Assembly: GCF_001194135.2 (NCBI RefSeq)
Contig: NC_068985.1
Location: 26,347,604 to 26,402,149 of the forward strand
Length of the DNA: 54,546 nucleotides
Source: Octopus bimaculoides
Lineage: Eukaryota
Reading direction: 5' to 3'
Position numbers and translations under genes: made by a program. Shown in pieces: positions 34,697 through 46,990 of the stretch. Position 1 is the stretch's first letter, and every line of letters begins with the position of its first letter. Under the pieces are notes generated by a model. That model searched no databases, was not told where the DNA came from, and worked only from the letters and a program-made list of their open reading frames with translations.

Positions 34697-37600
34697 CTGG
34701 AAACAAATGAGAAAAAGAATAAGAATTGATATTAATACCTGACTATTTAACAAATTGCTGTTTCTGTTATTTAAACAAAGTATCAATCAGAACAAATTAC
34801 TACTCATAGGCCCCCTTCTGAAGGCTGATACTTAGCTCTGGTTTCCTGGTGTAAATGAGAAATAAATTTTCCCTTCAGGATGGGAGGCATGGTTGGTGAT
34901 TAAGTTTGGTTCCCAACCTGGGGCAGCCTTGTCAGTGGAGTTTGGTAGACGAAACTGGCCATATGTGTATTTGTGTGTCTCCTCATCTTGACACCACATG
35001 ATAGTTATAAAAGAATTTCACTATCATATATGTGATAGTGTTGGTTTTCAATATTCCATGGAAAACAAGTCTAACCTAGCTTAGAAACAAGTGAGGGTTG
35101 GTGATAGGCTGTACATCCATCTGTAGATTGATAAGCCTCAACAAATTCTCACATATGCACGCATAGAAAAATGAACATTAAAATGATGATAGAAAGTCAC
35201 TTCTTTCATTTAGGTGTTGAGATCATCTGCTGAAGAATAAAATTTTCTACTTGGAAATAATGAGTGGATTAGACTTCTACCAGTCTAGTCATAATATTCT
35301 ATTCTTTGGAGTGCTGGGGCATCGTTCACAAGTATTTTACTGATTTCTCTGTTGAACCACTAAGACTAGTATAAATATGGACACTACCAGATGCATTTAT
35401 ATATTGCGGGTTTCAACACAATTTTCATCTATTAAAATTCCACACGAGATATTAACCCAAGGTTAAGGTAGAATATACTTGTCCAATGGGATTGAATCTG
35501 GAATTACATAGCTGCAAAGTTACTTAACCACATAGCTGTGTCTGTGCCTATGATATATAACAGAAAATTTGTTTGTTGGCTCCATGAAAAATAGAATCTT
35601 GTCCACACATGGTATTTGATAATTGCATATCAGTAAAGCATTAAATATAGTTGATTAAAAAATGTGTGTTGGGGACCTTTTTTTGCCAGTGCAGGTTAAG
35701 AAACTCACTTTGCAACCACATGGTTTCAAGTTCAGCCCACAGTGTGACACTTTTTGCAAGTGTCTTCTACTTATATCCTTAAGCCAACTAATAATGCTTT
35801 GTGAGTTAATTGGGGAAACTGTGGAAGTTCATATATATCATCATCATCATTTAATGTTCGTTTTCCATGCTGTCATGGGTTGGACAGTTTCACAGAATTA
35901 GTAAGCTGGGGAGCTGCACCAGGTTCCAATCTGATTTGGTATTGTTTCTATGGCTGGATGCCCTTCCAAGATTGCAGTGGGTGTTTTCCATGGGCCACAA
36001 CTATGATCTCACTTGGCTTGACAGGTCTTCTCAAGCATGGTATATCACCAAAGGTCTCAGTCACCTGTCATTGACCCTGTGAGGCTCAACATTCGAACAG
36101 TGCTTTTTTATGTGCCATCGGCCATGACTGCAATTTCACTTGGTGTGATGGGTCTTCTCAAGCACAACTTTTTTTTTTGTGTGTGTCCCACTGCTTGACA
36201 ACCAGTGCTGGCCACAGAAAAAGAATCTGACTAGAAAAACCTGCCTCAACAAAACTATCACCTGACCCATGCAAGTGGATATTAAAAACGATGTTGATGA
36301 TGGCATGTATTATCACCTCTTTAATGTTCACAGTGAAGATAAAAGAAACAAATAGTTCAAGATACAAAGTGGAAAGACTAAAACAAAGTAATCAAAATAA
36401 CTGACCTGTTATCCAATAGTAAATGTCCCAGTCATTAGTTGGTTCATTGATAAGAGTATCATACTGCATCAACTGTTGTTCATTTAGATCTTTGAGATAT
36501 TTTGAAGCAAAGGTACTGGAAAATAAATACAAACATTTCAGTTATGAAAATATTACATACACATGTTGATGTCATCATTTTATGCTAAATCTATGTCCAT
36601 GCTTGCATGAATTGAACAGTTCCTCTCCTGTTGCTTGTCTTCATTTCTCATTTCTTTTGCAAGGTTCAACATGCAGGGATCAAGTTTCCTATGTCCTCCT
36701 CATCCACTGTTTTTCACTACATAGATCTCATTCGCACTTTTTTGTTTTTAACCCATTCACAATTACGTGTTCGTTGCAGTTGTCTCTCTTGGACATATCT
36801 GATTCCTCTTATATTTGGTTTTTCTTTCAGCTCATCTGAGTTTTAACATTCATTCACACAAACATTACACATTCAGCAGAGTAAGATTGTTTCATTTCTT
36901 TGCAACCTTCACACAGCCACTACATTTAGACTCACAATTCACTAACATACAGCTTCACATTGTATAATTTTCCCTTTGTTCAGTAAGAGAATCTCCTAGT
37001 TAACATAGATAATAGCTCCCTTTTCCACTTTACTCTTATTCTGGCTACTATACTTTTGGAAGACTACCTCCCACCTAATCAGCAACAGAGGAAGGAGTGT
37101 CTTCTTGTGTGGACGTGTGGACATCACATAATAGTTATAAAAAGCCTCACCATCATGCAGGTGGTGTCTCTCATTTCCAGTCTTCCATGAAAACATGTCT
37201 GGCCATGAGGAAATATTACCTTACTTGAGGGCATCTGGCCATAGAAAATCTTTCTCAACTATTTCTGTCTGACCCATGCAAGCATGAAAAAGTAGAAATT
37301 AAAATGATGATAAGGATAGTGTGTGTGTGTGTGTGTTAATCAGCCACGGATACATACATATACATATGAATATCCTTAGAATGATTAGCAGAAAACTACC
37401 CAGAAGGTGGTATTTCTGCTAGTGTAGATAATAGTTAAATGTTTAACCCCTTATTTACCATATTTCTATTGAGATGCTTTGTGTTTCTTTCAATTAATTC
37501 TAAATATAACAAAGAATTTAGTAAAATAACTTAGTTATCATTAAGCTAGTGTTAGGAAAATAAATAGTGACTAAGGTTTGGTGGAAGATTTTAATTAAGA

Positions 37601-40600
37601 ACTTTTGAAAACAGACATTTGTACTCCAGAGCCAGAGGCAGTTTCAGGTGGGTTGATATCAAAAGGGTCAATTAAAAACTAAAATAGGGTTAAACACATA
37701 AAGAAAGAAAAATAATGTAGGCTGACCACTAATGTTACTTTTTATGACTTAAAAGAGAGAGGGCAGCACTCAGAATTTTAAAGGTCATCTGAGATAGGTA
37801 GAAGAAAGTTATCCTCAGACTGATCACCTGCTTATAACAGAATGGACTTCAGTAGAAGCAGCTAAAAGTAGATGGTATTATTAAACCCAATGATGCATTG
37901 AATGTCCCACCTAAAAGGTGTGGTCCTTCTCAGATTTCCACAAATTTTCCGTCCATGGAATTTCACTCAAAGTTTTGGTAGAGAATTCTTACTCAATGAG
38001 CTACACAGAGGCATTCAACACATAACCATGTAGTTGTAAACTTTTTTTCTTTCAGTATCAGCTGTGAAGCCCAATAATGGTTATTCATCATCATCATCAT
38101 CGTCATTTAACGTCCGCTTTCCATGCTAGCATGGGTTGGACGATTTGACTGAGGACTGGTGAAACCAGATGGCTACACCAGGCTCCAATCTGATTTGACA
38201 GAGTTTCTACAGCTGGATGCCCTTCCTAACGCCAACCACTAAGAGAGTGTAGTGGGTGCTTTTATGTGCCACAGGCACGAAGGTCAGTCAGGCGGTACTG
38301 GCAACGGCCACGCTCAAAATGGTGTATTTTATTAATTATAGATATGTTGTGTTCCTACAGTTTCTGTTTAGCAAATTTCATTCACAAAGTATTGATGAAT
38401 CTGAAGCTATGGCAGAAGACGTGTGTACTTTGTATTAGAATCAAACACTGAAATTAGGTGGTTGCATAGCAAACTTCTTAACCATGCAGCCATGCCTGAA
38501 CCCAATAATTGGATGTAAAACTTCAGCAAAAATTTTACCTTGCTGTAATTTGTTGTTTATTCCATAATATCTCGGTTTATTGTAACAAACTGAACACTTC
38601 ATTATCTTGAGGTGATTATAAGATTTGCCCCAACTTTTTCAACCCATGTGAAAATTTGAACTTAGCAAACTAACAAATCAATGACCTATTATCATGTTCT
38701 TCATAGTTGTAGACCATATGCTTTTTATGATATTGCAAACTTTCCTAAGAGGAGAAGTGGGAGAGAACTTCTGCATAAAGAACATATGGTTAAGTGTAAG
38801 CTAACATACTGAATATAGTGTATTAAAAAGAATTTTTAATCATTTGAAATCAAACTCATAATGGGAAGAAAACTCATTAGCATTAAAGACAATTCTTGTC
38901 CAAAGTGGACAAGGGAGAGAACTTTATAATTTAAATTGAGGCATCCAGTTAGAAGTGAGTTTGATCTTTTGAAATATCTTTTAACTTTTATCTTTTACTT
39001 GTTTCAGACAAACGACTGCAAACATGCTGAGGCATCGCCTTGAAACAAATCGACCCCAGGACTTTTTTTTTAAGCCTAGTGTTTATTTTATAGGTCTCTT
39101 TTGCTGAACTGCTAAACTATGTGGAACTGGTGGTCAAGCGATGGTGGGGGACAGACACAGATACACATATATATCTATATAAAGGGTAAAGGCCACCTTT
39201 GGTCATGAATGACCATGGGATTGCACCTAGTAACTTCCCTTCTGAGGCACATGTCCAGGCAAGGTTATTTATGGAAGACCAGAAGTTTCCCATGAATACC
39301 AGCCTCCCCTCTCTATGTCACCAATATTATTCAAAGGAAAGGCAAAGGCCGATACAATTTGACACCAGTGATGTTGCAACTCATTTCTACAGCTGAGTGA
39401 AAGGGAGTGACATGAAATAAAGTGTCTTGCTCAAGATCACAACACACGGCCTGGTTCATGAATTGAACTCACTACCTCATGATTGTGAGCCTCACACTCT
39501 AACCACTGAGTCATGAGCTTCTTTCAGTTTTATCTACCAAATCTACTCACAAGACTTTGGTTGGCCAAAGACTATAGAAGAAGACACTTGGCCAAGGTGT
39601 CACTAAATCTGGAACTATGGTTGGGAAGCAAGCATCTTCCCATACAGCCATGGTGACAATTCTGGACTTGTTTCAATATTTCAATAAACCATCTTCGCAA
39701 AGTATAGTCTAGCAAATAATTACTAGACAAAGACAGAATTTTAGTGTGTACATTGTTCACTGATTAGATGATTCAAAGTAACGAATTGGGAATAATAATC
39801 AGGTGCACCTTTTGCACAAAGAACATATAGTTAAGTGTGGATTAACATAAAGAATGTACTGAAGTACATTCAATTTTAATTGTATTATTTACTGTTAGGT
39901 GAACTTCTAATAGTTAAAAGTGTTTTTGCTAGTGATAGAGTACAGTGTTAGGGATATTATATTTAGTTTAGATATGTCAGAAGAACAGTAATTAACTTGG
40001 TGTACACATGCACATGTAGATTAAAGAAAAATTATTCTTCAGAAAATATCTTGCCTGTACCTTAAGATAAGCCCATTTTCCAACATTCCTCGCTTCCTGC
40101 TTTGATATAACAACCGAGCCCGTCTCAATTCTGGAGTCTCATTTTTGTATTCTTTCGTGGGAGGAAGAGGTGGGCTCATGTGATCACTTCCATCTGTTGA
40201 AGTTCCCAAACATTTTGAGATAACATAAGCTTGACACTGCAAAATTTAACAACATATTAAATCAAAGAGATGTTAGGCAAACTGATCATCATCACAATCA
40301 TTTAACCCTTTAGCATTTAAATTGACCATAGCCAACCCAAATATTCTACCTGTTTTATATTCATAATAGCCAGTCTCTCAGAGCTAATCTACAATGTCAT
40401 TCTAAAAATAAACAATCATATCACTAAAGTCTCAAAACTTCAAGATAAAGGATGATTAGTTCAAAACAATGTGAATGAGGAAGAATTGCATTTGACAGAG
40501 TAACTCTGAAAGCCAAGGGGTTAGCATCCATGTTCCATGCTGGCATGGGTTGGATGGTTTGACAGGATCTGATAGGTCCAAAGACTGCATCATGTTCCAA

Positions 40601-43600
40601 TGTGTTTGGCATGGTTTCTATGGCCAGATGCCCTTCCTAATGCCAACCACTTTAAAGCATACACTGTGTGCTTTTCTTGAGCCACCAGCACTAGTGAGGT
40701 CATCATGCAGCTTGCAAAACTATGAACTTTGAGTGGGGAGGGGAAAACTTTATGTAGAAGAATAAGTAATAGAGAGGGGTAACTTTTTTCTTTGCATAAT
40801 TATGTGAAAAATTCTACATTACTGCTTTCACAACAGACATTGGTAACTATGGCTTTATAACATAAAAAACAAGAGCACAAACCTCTGCCAAGGCTACACC
40901 AACGTCCTCTCGACAACTAGCTAGAGATGATTTTTAAAATGACAATATCTGAAATAAACTCAACTGCTCTCACAAATGAGAATACTAAAAATGAACCCAA
41001 CCCCTCTCAAAAATTAAGTAAAAAAAACGGAAAAATAATCTAGAATCTTTGTCCAATATCTGATTGATCCCAATGGTAGTCATGGAATGTGAAGGTGGCT
41101 GTAGAAAATTTAGTAACAGTAATAAATAGTTTATCCTTATCTAATACAAGCCGAAGTTAATAAATTCACCATTCAAAATAGTTTCAAAGGCAGAGGTAAT
41201 AAGTTCTACTCTGGAATTTTTAAATGAATAGCATGAGACCTTTTAGTTTTCTCTTCTCTTAAATTCCAGCCTTCCTTTAGTATTCCTGTTGTTTTAGATT
41301 GATGTATAGATGTAGATATACTGTAAAGTGTTAATATGTATGTATAATATATAATATATATATTATAAAAATGTTAGTGTTATTTAATTTCTGGACGGTT
41401 TTACTGCCATGTGTTTATGTAGTTTGATTTCTTTATCCATCAGTTTCTACTAAGATAGAGACACGAGTAAAGTAAATAATAGAGAAATGAAAATAAAACT
41501 TTGGAAACAGCCTAAAGGGAGATAATTGAGAAAGACTTGAAAGTGAATGTAAGATTGTAATCATGTAAAGTAAATATAACAAATAATCCAGAATCCTTGT
41601 CCAGTACTGGATTGATCCTAAAATCTAATCAGTTCGTGCCAGTCATGAGGCCAAACATCCCTGAAATTTTCATTTGAATCCATCCAGCAGTTCTTGAGAT
41701 ATCTTGTCCACGGACAAACAAACACAACTGAAACAATACCTCTGCCTTAGCAGAGGTAGTAAGAAGTGTAGGGACATAACAGGTGTGATCCAATTAGTGA
41801 AAGATGTAGTAGAAATAACCTATTCTAATTTGTATGTCATGGACATAAAGTTGATGTGTCATTTATAATAAGTAAGATTAATGAACTGTACTGTGTTTTT
41901 AAACCCATAACCATTCAATAATTATTATTGAAGATTATCCCTGAAATTACTGCAGTTATTCAAAACCATGGATAGCTTTCAAGTTGTTGAGGTAAGTCAT
42001 CATGCAGTCTCCTACATATGATATTTGATTTATACTTCTATTATAATCCCATTCAATTGCAAGGATTATCTTTCACTATCATCATCATCAACATTTAACA
42101 TCTATTTTCCTTGCTGTCATGGGTTGGACGGCTTGACAGGAACTAGCAAGACCAGAGGCTATACCAAGTTCCACAGTCTGTTTTGATTTGGTTTCTAAGG
42201 CTGGATGCCCTTCCTATTGCTAACACTTTACAGAGTGTACTGGGTGCTTTTTATGTGGCACCATCTTCAATGCTTTTTATACGGCACCAGCATCAGTGCT
42301 TTTTACATGGCACCAGCACCCACACCAATGCTTTTTATGTGGCACCTCAGTTTTAGGATTTCAATTCTGTTGCAATGGGCAGATCTTCTTGTGTACAGTA
42401 ATGCACCACATATCTTGGTCAATTCACTATATTAAATATGTGTGACTCTCCTGTAGGGACTCTCTCAGTGGTTTCCACAGCACTTCTTACAGTGGTATGC
42501 AACTGATTTTGAGAGAAGTGATCCTAATATTTTGTGCTTTATTTATAGAACCCAGAAGAGTGAAAGGTAAAGTTGACCTCAGAATGCATTCTATTCAATA
42601 TTCTAAAGACTACCAATTTGCCATTTTGTAAAGCACAGGGCGATTAAATTGTCTATAATGCCACTCATTCAAACAACATAAATTATTGATATTAGAATTA
42701 TACAAGGCTTAATTATATAAGTGATAACAAAAGAAGTATAGGCATACCTACACAAATGTGCTCCCCACCTCACTGTAAAATAAGAATTTTTTAATGAAAT
42801 TTCCTACAAATGTGATTACAATTATATTGGAATTTAATATTAAAAATAAAAATGACGGGCACACACACATATACACTGGCACATCACATTTGTAGAATAT
42901 TTCATTTGGAAATACTCATTTTTCTGAAAATTATGAGGAAATGTCGGTGGAGGACACGTTTGTATAGGTAGAATCAATCAGAATGATGGCACTTACTGTA
43001 CAGTAGTGGTCCCATCGATTTATGTGTCCTTTAAATACTGTAATATTAAAACTTATTTGTTGATCACATACCTTTGGCATAAGATACTACCTACGTTAAG
43101 AGAAGCAATCTTGACTAATGGCCAACTTAAGACACGGATAATAAAGAACTTCGACATGAATGCTGAACCTGCCCAAAACAACAGTTAAGTCACTATCATG
43201 CCATACACTACCAGCATAAAAAAGGAAGAACAAATTGTATGACACAGTTCTAGATGTATAATGTTTGATTTTAAAAAATGACAGACAGGATGGGTGTGAT
43301 TGGTATGTTTTTGACCAGAAGTTTTCAGGAGCAGGGCTGATGTTGCACCAGCTATGGAAGACTGCGATTAAGAAATGTTTTGATTATTGTATCTAACAGT
43401 AATACAAACTCAATATTCCAAAACCATGATTATTTAAAATCTCTGTTCAATCTCCCATTGGTGGTATGCGCATATTAGACATAATGAAGATATTTTGTAG
43501 GTTTTTTTTTTTTTTTTTTTTGGAAAAACTGCGTCCAGTAGCTAACTCCAGTATTTTGTTGAGTGCTGTGCTTTTCACAGTGTGTTATTAAAGTCCTAAG

Positions 43601-46023
43601 TTGCTGCCCAAATGTCCTACACTTTCTAAGGCTTCTGGCTGTGAACCTAAGTGCTAGAAAAACGTTATGACACTCCATGAGAAGACACAACTGCTGGATA
43701 TGTTCCAGGAAGGTAAAAGTTATGCTGCAGTAGGTCACTATTATGTTGTCAACGAAAGCACCATATGCTACATAAAGAAGAATGAGGTGGTGATCAAGAC
43801 TACTGTAGCAGTAAGTTTCTGTGAACATGCCAAAAGGATAATGATTGTGAGAAATAAGTATTTCATCAGGATGGAATCTGCCTTGGGATTGTGGATCAGT
43901 GACTGCAAGAAAAACATCACCTTGAGTGGTAACATCATCTGCGAGAAAGCGTGGAAATTATACCAGCAGTTCGACAGGAGATGGAGCAGAAGGCACCGAA
44001 GAACCACGACCAAGACCATTGACAACACCGGAGAACGAAGATTTTCAAACCAGCAGGAGATAGTTTGACCGTTTCTAGAAACGGTTTAAGATAAAGTGTG
44101 TTTCTCTGCATGGAGAAACAGCAGCAGCCGACAAAGAAGCCATTGAGAGGTACCTTGAGATCTTTAGGCAGATCATCGAGGACAAGGGATATGAGCTGGA
44201 ACAGATTTTCAATATGGATAAGACTGGCTTGTTCTGGAAGAAGATGCCAGAGCCCCAAGATTTAAGGCACAGAAGGACAGAGTGATGCTAATTATGTGTG
44301 GCAATGCTGCTGGCTACATGATGAAACCAGGACTTACCTACAAGTCCGTGAACCTGAGGGCCTTCAAAAATAAGAATAAAAACCTTGTCTGTTCACTGGA
44401 TGCCCTACCCCGAGGCCTGGATTACCAAAAGTCTAACTTTGAATTGGTTCCACCAATGCTTCATCCATCAAGCCAAAGTATATCTCCAAAATGTTTTCAT
44501 GGAATTTAAGGTTTTGCTTGCTATGGATAATGCTGGTGGTCACTCTTTGGATTTGAATCGCGAGAGAGTCCAAGTCGAGTTCTTCCCTGCCAACACCACC
44601 TCCCTCATCCATCCAGCATATCTCCACTAGAACCACATATATACTTCATCTCCGTTTAATTTGTGTCCAGTATGAGTCTGCGTTGTTTGTACATACACCA
44701 GACATGGGATCTTCAAAATGAGACGAGTGTTTCATTGTTCCATGGGTATATCCCAGTACGTGCTTCGATCAGAACTCTGCTCGAAGGGCGGAAATATTTG
44801 ATATACTAAATCGATGGCCCAGCGTTCTACACTAGGGCCCAGAACGTTGGCGAAGGTATAGAATACGCACATCAAGTGGTTAGGGTTACGCCGAAAACGG
44901 GTGGTGTGTGTATTCTTTACCTCCGCCGGAACATTATTAACCCACAGAATTTACTATTAGTTTATATTAAAAATTTGACATTCAAAACACAGGTGACTTT
45001 GAAGTTGTTTACGTAAGGTTTTATGTAATGTACTAAATATGATATTAGGTTAATATTTCTTCTTTATTTATGATAATTTCATTCACAACCATCACTGATT
45101 AATGCGTACAGTTGTATTAACAAGTTTAACTTTCAATTTTCGGCACTATCATGCTATTAGCTGTCAGAAGTGAAAGTGCTCACTGCTAGTGAAGTATCTG
45201 TCTGTCTGCCTGCATGCCTGTTGCTGGCCTGTCGATTCTTTGGCTACTGACAGCTAATACCATGACTGGCCGGAGCGAGCTATATGTCTGTCTGTCTCTC
45301 TATCTATCTATCTATCTATCTATCTATTACTCGAAAGTTATTGGAACAAATTCGACACCTATATCCATGCGTTTGAAAACACAACACAGAGTATAAGGGT
45401 ACTCGCGTCCGCGCTAGCTAGTCGTGAGTGGTCGATCCTATTATTTTTAAACTTCAAACTTCATTTGTTTTCTATTTTGATAAATTCTCACTGTTGAAAA
45501 TTATATTTTAAATAATTTGCAATTTCAGGAAATATGTTTTTATATTAAATTTGTGTTTTCTACTCACGACTAGCTAGCGCGGACGCGCGAACTTTCGAGT
45601 AATAGATAGATAGATAGAGAGAGAGACAGACAGACATATAGCTCGCTCCGGCCAGTCATGGTATTAGCTGTCAGTAGCCAAAGAATCGACAGGCCAGCAA
45701 CAGACAGGCAGACAGACAGATACTTCACTAGCAGTGAGCACTTTCACTTCTGACAGCTAATAGCATGACAGTACCCAATTTTCTGTTTTGTAAACAAACT
45801 GGTAACGTTAACCTTATATCAAGTGAGGTAGCAAATCAATTTTGTTACTAAATGTAATTTAACAGGATAATTATATAGGTTGTGATATAAAATTATTTTT
45901 AAAAAAATGCTAAAACCTAGTTTAATTATAACTAAACAGTATGAGATCAACAACTACACTTACTTGAGAGCAACGACGTGAAATAGTATTGCGAAACAGG
46001 GAACTTGACAACATAGCAGCCAT
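34590..46023 (-). CDS. SDHAF2: Succinate dehydrogenase assembly factor 2 (SDH5/SdhE family), 4 exons, 150 aa
   Basis: Exons 45964-46023, 40061-40236, 36406-36515 and 34590-34696 join in phase (453 nt). The protein has an Arg/Ser-rich mitochondrial presequence, the [16 protein letters not shown] signature and [12 protein letters not shown]. Confidence 0.95.
36406..36515 (-). CDS. SDHAF2: SDHAF2 exon 3
   Basis: Translates as [36 protein letters not shown]; 110 nt with AG/GT flanks. Confidence 0.95.
37447..37667. mobile_element. piggyBac-like MITE, family E
   Basis: TTAA|CCCCTT...AAAAGGG|TCAA termini. Confidence 0.5.
38085..38325 (-). mobile_element. (ATG)n-tailed interspersed repeat, family B (SINE or LINE 3' end)
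   Basis: Shared core GGATGCCCTTCCTAACGCCAACC and CATGCTAGCATGGGTTGGACG. Other copies lie near 26714-26850, 28095-28380, 30775-31395 (split), 35839-36130, 40525-40720 and 42078-42360. Confidence 0.8.
39183..39522 (-). mobile_element. tRNA-derived SINE, family C
   Basis: The minus strand begins with a tRNA-like head (CTCAGTGGTTAGAG...GAGTTCAATTC) followed by CTTGAGCAAGACACTT. The tail GGTCATGAATGACC is related to 246-320. Confidence 0.7.
40061..40236 (-). CDS. SDHAF2: SDHAF2 exon 2
   Basis: Contains [27 protein letters not shown] (RGMLE motif); CAG acceptor; donor AG|GTACAG. Confidence 0.95.
41580..41760 (+). mobile_element. Helentron/Helitron2-like non-autonomous 3' portion
   Basis: Ends in a perfect 9-bp hairpin TACCTCTGC-CTTA-GCAGAGGTA (41737-41758). 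A related 5' portion with ACCTCTGCCAAGG lies near 40880-41070. Confidence 0.55.
43667..44620 (+). mobile_element. Decayed Tigger/pogo transposase (HTH_psq + CENP-B HTH + partial DDE), inside SDHAF2 intron 1
   Basis: Broken translation gives [89 protein letters not shown] and [11 protein letters not shown]. It is truncated before the third Asp. A candidate left end TA|CAGTAG lies at 43001. Confidence 0.92.
44849..44927. mobile_element. Second copy of the small inverted-repeat/TTAGGG element
   Basis: 23-bp inverted repeat with 3 mismatches; shares GTTACGCCGAAAACGGGTGGTGT with 7674-7791. Confidence 0.65.
45142..45775. mobile_element. Long-TIR fold-back MITE, Merlin-like
   Basis: 8-bp target duplication CAATTTTC (45134-45141 and 45776-45783); termini GGCAC/GGTAC; near-identical arms 45142-45339 and 45590-45775; inner inverted repeat 45404-45429 / 45562-45587. 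Confidence 0.85.
45964..46023 (-). CDS. SDHAF2: SDHAF2 exon 1 ([20 protein letters not shown])
   Basis: ATG at 46023; presequence-like composition with no acidic residues; donor CAA|GTAAGT; phase 0 matches exon 2. Confidence 0.75.
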
Positions 46024-46912
46024 GCTGATGGTATATTAACAGAAAGTGACTCTCCAATCAAAGAGATACGCACATAAATACATTATCTTCAAGCTTTTCA
46101 TTTGTCAGTAGAATCCGGTTTCGTTTTTCACTTCCTGTCGGTTTCGCCACATTAGTTCGCAATACATCGTCTGCATCAAATAAATTTTTTTCCGCCTCCA
46201 TAATTTTTTCTGAGTCTTTTTTAAAAACTTTATTTTCTGTTTCCACAGAAAGATATATTTTTTTCTGGTAAATTTTAGGGTCTAGGATTCCTGATAGGAT
46301 AAGTGTTTCGGCTATATAAAGCATGTGAATTACCAACGTAAATGTTGAGTCATATTGTTGGGCTTAAGTTATATTTTATTTTCCAAAACACTACAACGGC
46401 TCCCCAGAGAAAATGTTCAGTGATAAGCAACGAAGAAAACTCTGCGGTCACAAAAATGAGTCATGGAATAGGAGGATCATGAGAACATTGTATCAAATAA
46501 ATAACTTGTATCAAATAAACCTTTTGTTGCAAGGCGAGTAAACTTAAGTAACAATAGTAACATAAGCTGCTATTTTTCTATAAAATTTTACAGATGTGCC
46601 CAGATTTCTGTACAGTGAACCAAAAGTTCAATTTTTAAATCTCAACAGATCTTTGTTACAGATTCATACTAATACAAAAGTTTCTTTGCATGTTGAGATT
46701 ATTGTGTTACTCTAAAAATTCATCATATCAAGCGCTATAACTTAATAGAATTAGATAAATATATAATACAAAACCACACTGAAATACAAATCTCAATCCA
46801 AACAAAAGACAAACATAAGTGAAGAAAGAAAAAAAAAGAAGAGGAAGAAGGAAAAGCATAGGTTCAACACCAAGTGGTCGCACACTAACAAGGTCCAACG
46901 GAGCCTGCTGAA

Positions 46913-46990
46913 GGAAGCCAAGACACTCACTGCACTACCACAGGCAATGGCAAGGCGTTGGAACAGCCAAGCACCCTTGCGAATGTCACT
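46913..46990 (-). mobile_element. Possible C-terminal remnant of a CRE-like restriction-endonuclease non-LTR retrotransposon
   Basis: SDIRKGAWLFQRLAIACGSAVSVLAS resembles the recalled terminal motif FQRL(S/A)(I/L)A..RGNA of such elements. The match is short. Confidence 0.4.

Noticed and set aside
46058-46336. 92-aa minus-strand ORF upstream of SDHAF2
   Set aside because: It has no recognisable domain, stops before the SDHAF2 ATG and has no supporting splice sites.
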